This document shows positions 56,426 to 59,509 of a DNA stretch of 59,509 bases, piece by piece. The position numbers and the translations under genes are program-made. The notes beneath the pieces were generated by a model. It saw only the letters and a program-made list of their open reading frames with translations. It searched no databases and was not told where the DNA came from. Position 1 is the first letter of the stretch; every line of letters starts with the position of its first letter. Origin of the DNA: Pseudomonadota bacterium (GTDB lineage: Bacteria > Desulfobacterota > Binatia > Bin18); the NCBI GenBank assembly GCA_005804965.1, contig SYOC01000111.1, forward strand, positions 1 to 59,509. The letters are read 5' to 3'.

Positions 56426-56959
56426 ATGCAGGTTGAAATCGAAGGGCGGAATACGCAAGTCCGGCCAAGCTGGCGTCTCCTGATCGAAGAGAAGATCGGG
56501 AACTTCGAGCATTTTCCTAACGAGATCACCCACGCGCGGGTGACCATTACCCATAATCCGCACCACCACCTCGGCGATAATCAGGTGCAAGTGGTCATGG
56601 CGGTGGCCGGGCAGACCCTCACGGTCAAGAAAAAAGGTGCAGAGATCGAGGCTGCGTTGCGTGCGGCCTTGACTGCCGCCGAGCGCGAAGTCGAAACCTA
56701 CCATCAGCATCGCTTCAATCGGAAACGCCCAGTGAAATCAGTGCCAACACATCTGATGGGAACGGTGGCGCGTGTCTTCCGCAGCAAAGGCTAGGGCTAC
56801 ATTGAGGCGGCGGATGGTGAGGTCTACTTCCACCGCGATGTATTGGAGGGCGTCACGCTCGACGAGATGCGTAAAGGTGTGGCCGTCGGCTTCGAACTCG
56901 CCGCAGGAAAGCATAGTGCGGAAGCAACGCGCGTGTTCGCGGTCGGGAATCACGGCTAA
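56426..56959 (+). pseudogene. HPF/RaiA ribosome-hibernation domain fused to a cold-shock domain, with in-frame TAG at 56792-56794
   Basis: N-terminal S30AE-like domain; the frame continues past the TAG as GTVARVFRSKG*GYIEAADGEVYFHRDVL...ATRV to TAA at 56957-56959. Confidence 0.85.
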
Positions 56960-56961
56960 GA

Positions 56962-57708
56962 TCAACTGCCGCGTGAGAGCAAGGTAAAGAGGCAGAGCGC
57001 GGCAGTTTCGCTCACTTCCCCTACCGCACCCATCGTATCGCCAGTCACTCCGCCGAGTCTACGCGTGCAATAGCGAGTGAACCCCAGCGCTGCGCCGGTA
57101 ACCGCAGCGCAGAAGGCTAGGCTCGCTCCTCCGGCGAAACCACTGCTCACGAGAAGGGTGAATCCCCCGGCCAGTGCACATTCGCGCCAACGCACTCCAC
57201 GGATAAACATCGCACCTAACCCGTCCGCACGAGCTGGTGGTGCGGCAGCGGCCATCAGTACACACGACCAACGCCCAAGCATAGGGCTCAAGAGCAACGC
57301 TAAGGTGCGCACTTCACCAACAAGCAAATCGAGGGCGCGAAGTTTCACAAGCACTACGAGCAGCAGCGCCAACGCACCGAACGTACCGATGCGGCTATCT
57401 TTCATGATCGCCAAGCGTCGCTGCACGTCGGTACCACCACACAAACCATCCGCGCTGTCCGCGACACCATCCAAATGCAGTCCACGGCTCAACACCGCGA
57501 GTGCGACAACGACCAACACGTTCGTGAGCGTAGGGGCGGCGAGCAACGAGAACATCCAATCCACCGCGCAAACGACGCCTCCCAGCAGCAATCCGACCGC
57601 AGGGAAAAAAGCGCCAGCTCGACCCAGGGTAGTGTCGTCGAACGGCAACGTCCTGCGTATGCGCACAATCGAAAGAAATTGTAAGGCGACCAGAAACGAG
57701 GTGAGCAT
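56962..57708 (-). CDS. cobS: Adenosylcobinamide-GDP ribazoletransferase
   Basis: 'A.QFL', 'GLHLDG.AD.ADG', 'IMKDSRIG.FG' and 'GGVTGD..GA..E' motifs. Confidence 0.94.
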   Translation of the reverse strand: MLTSFLVALQFLSIVRIRRTLPFDDTTLGRAGAFFPAVGLLLGGVVCAVDWMFSLLAAPTLTNVLVVVALAVLSRGLHLDGVADSADGLCGGTDVQRRLAIMKDSRIGTFGALALLLVVLVKLRALDLLVGEVRTLALLLSPMLGRWSCVLMAAAAPPARADGLGAMFIRGVRWRECALAGGFTLLVSSGFAGGASLAFCAAVTGAALGFTRYCTRRLGGVTGDTMGAVGEVSETAALCLFTLLSRGS

Positions 57709-57819
57709 GTAGGGAAGGGGTGTAGCGTACAATGGTGGCCGTGAGCAAGCTGCGCTCGTTTACTCCGCTAGCATGGGCTCGTATAGTGAAGCCACTTTTG
57801 TCTGTCCTGTGAGACCGTA

Positions 57820-58566
57820 GTGAAAGACGCCCGACTACACAAAACCCTTACGACGTTTACCCTTGAGGTGCGACGGCTCCTCGCTGATGACTTGGTGGCG
57901 GTGGTGCTCTACGGCAGCGCTGCCGGCGCGAACTTCGTTCCTGAGCTGTCGGATCTCAACCTCGCTGTCGTCGTCAAGACACTGCACTTCGATGTTCTCC
58001 AGCGACTGCAACCCCACGTCGCCGCCTGGAAGCGGCAAGGGTTTGCGCTTCCCTTGCTGCTCGACCAAGAATTTCTCCAACGCGCTCGTGATACCTTCCC
58101 CATGGAGTTCTACGACATCAAAGAGCAGCATGAGTTATTGTGGGGAGACGATGTGTTCCAGGGCCTGGAAATCGATACCCGCCATCTCCGCTTCCAGGCG
58201 GAACATGAGGCACGCTCAAAATTATTGCGTCTCCGTGCGCTGTATCTCGAATGTGCGGACGAAGCTGCCCGGCTCCGTACACTCCTGCTCGATTCAAGCA
58301 AAACCTTTGTCGTCATCATGCGTCATCTCCTCCGCTTGCATGGCCAGAGTGGCACGCTGACCTACGACGAGGTGCTGCGGCGCTTCGAGCGGCAGTTTCA
58401 GCTTGACCTTCCACGCATGCACGCACTCACCCTCATTCGGGCTGGACGCCAGCCCTGGTCTGCCGAACGGCTTGCCGACTTCTTTCGCGACTACTTGGCG
58501 GAAGTGCAGCAAATCGTCTCGGTGCTCGATCATTTACCCCTGACCACTTCTTCGGCCCATGACTAA
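57820..58566 (+). CDS. Nucleotidyltransferase-domain protein with helical C-terminal domain
   Basis: 'VVLYGSAA......SDLNL' pol-beta motif, 'D.FP.E..DI', 'LR.Q.E.E.R.KL..LR'. Confidence 0.8.
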   Translation: MKDARLHKTLTTFTLEVRRLLADDLVAVVLYGSAAGANFVPELSDLNLAVVVKTLHFDVLQRLQPHVAAWKRQGFALPLLLDQEFLQRARDTFPMEFYDIKEQHELLWGDDVFQGLEIDTRHLRFQAEHEARSKLLRLRALYLECADEAARLRTLLLDSSKTFVVIMRHLLRLHGQSGTLTYDEVLRRFERQFQLDLPRMHALTLIRAGRQPWSAERLADFFRDYLAEVQQIVSVLDHLPLTTSSAHD

Positions 58567-59347
58567 TCTTGGTCAGCTTTTTCTGACTACCTTTCTTGCT
58601 TGCGCGTTGTTGCTGAGTCCTGTGCACGGAGAAGACCCGGCCATCCCACCGCCTCAGGGATTCGTTTCGGACTTTGCTGGTGTCATCGACCAGCCCACCC
58701 GCCAGCGGCTCACAAATCTCCTGCGCGAACTCCAAGAAAAAACCGGCGCTGAGATTGCTGTCGTAACGGTCCAAACTACTCAGCCGCTCAGTCCCTTTGA
58801 TTATGCAATGAAAGTCGCCGACGCCTGGAAGCCGGGAGCAAAGGGCAAAGATAATGGCGTCGTGTTCTTGGTGGCGACTCAGGACCGCAAGATGTACATC
58901 CTCACCGGCTACGGAGTGGAAGGTATCCTGCCCGATGGCAAGGTTGGCGCGATTCAGGACGAGTACATTGTTCCCGCCTTCAAACAGGGTGATTATGCGC
59001 ACGGCATTGCCGAGGGAACACGAGTCATGGCCAGCCTCATTGCTCAAGAATACGGGGTGACGCTGGCTGGCGTGCCAGTGGTCGCGGTCTCCGAGCGCCA
59101 AGGACACGGCAGGCAACTTGATCCCTCGTTGGCGATGCTGCTGGCTTTCATCTTAGCTGCCGTGCTGCTTTCCGCCTTCACTGGCACGCGGCGCTCACGC
59201 TATTCCCGTTTTGGTGGAGGTCGTACCTATGGTGGCGGGATGGGTGGTGGATTTGGCGGTGGCTTCGGTGGCGGCGGCAGTGGTGGTGGGTTTGGTGGAT
59301 TTGGTGGCGGTGGATTTGGTGGTGGTGGTGCAGGACGGGATTGGTGA
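58559..59347 (+). CDS. TPM-domain (DUF477/YgcG) membrane protein with Gly-rich tail
   Basis: Signal peptide, 'V.D.A.VI', 'W..G.KG.DNG..FLVA..DR...I..GYG.EG.LPD', TM, 'GGFGGG.FGGGGAG..W'. Confidence 0.93.
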   Translation: MTNLGQLFLTTFLACALLLSPVHGEDPAIPPPQGFVSDFAGVIDQPTRQRLTNLLRELQEKTGAEIAVVTVQTTQPLSPFDYAMKVADAWKPGAKGKDNGVVFLVATQDRKMYILTGYGVEGILPDGKVGAIQDEYIVPAFKQGDYAHGIAEGTRVMASLIAQEYGVTLAGVPVVAVSERQGHGRQLDPSLAMLLAFILAAVLLSAFTGTRRSRYSRFGGGRTYGGGMGGGFGGGFGGGGSGGGFGGFGGGGFGGGGAGRDW

Positions 59348-59509
59348 AGATAGGCTGACAGCTTTCAGCTGAACTGGTTGCAAGTTGTACGAACCGGACA
59401 AAGTGCTGTAAAGAGAAGAGGTTGAGTGATTATTCTCAGAAGCATCCTCGGAGACAATGCCATGCCACGTTCGCCATTTGCTACGGCAGCCCAGCCCGCT
59501 TCCACCGCC

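Noticed and set aside
56792-56794. Pyrrolysine or amber reassignment
   Set aside because: No pyl genes in the window, TAG terminates several intact genes, and the position needs an aromatic residue
57709-57819. Cobalamin riboswitch upstream of cobS
   Set aside because: The region is short, divergent and lacks a recognisable B12 box
59214-59335. GGT/GGC-rich tandem repeat
   Set aside because: Explained by the Gly-rich coding tail typical of TPM-domain proteins

Overview
A GC-rich bacterial chromosomal window with about 62 coding regions. The gene repertoire (luciferase-like monooxygenases, CoA-transferases, MMPL, amidohydrolase, REP-like repeats) is reminiscent of Ca. Binatia-like deltaproteobacterial MAGs; this is an inference, not a tested placement. 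The window opens in the 3' end of an IS701-like transposase. It is otherwise mostly metabolic and envelope genes: HtrA, FadL, TonB receptor, MMPL, membrane pyrophosphatase, MgtE with two ArnT-like GTs, P450, glcEF, cobS and trxB. These are punctuated by small toxin-antitoxin-like cassettes, gene relics and several families of palindromic or MITE-like intergenic repeats. No rRNA, tRNA or CRISPR array was seen. The best candidate for an undescribed system is at 8794-10339: an ECF sigma factor followed by a three-domain fusion of a ZAS zinc anti-sigma motif, an Ogt alkyltransferase (PCHR) and an Ada-type four-Cys zinc domain with no AraC HTH, plus an ATL gene 2 kb downstream. This suggests a DNA-alkylation adaptive response wired through sigma-factor release. 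All functional calls come from motif recognition by eye; no database searches were run. Several start codons were moved downstream of the ORF-track starts.
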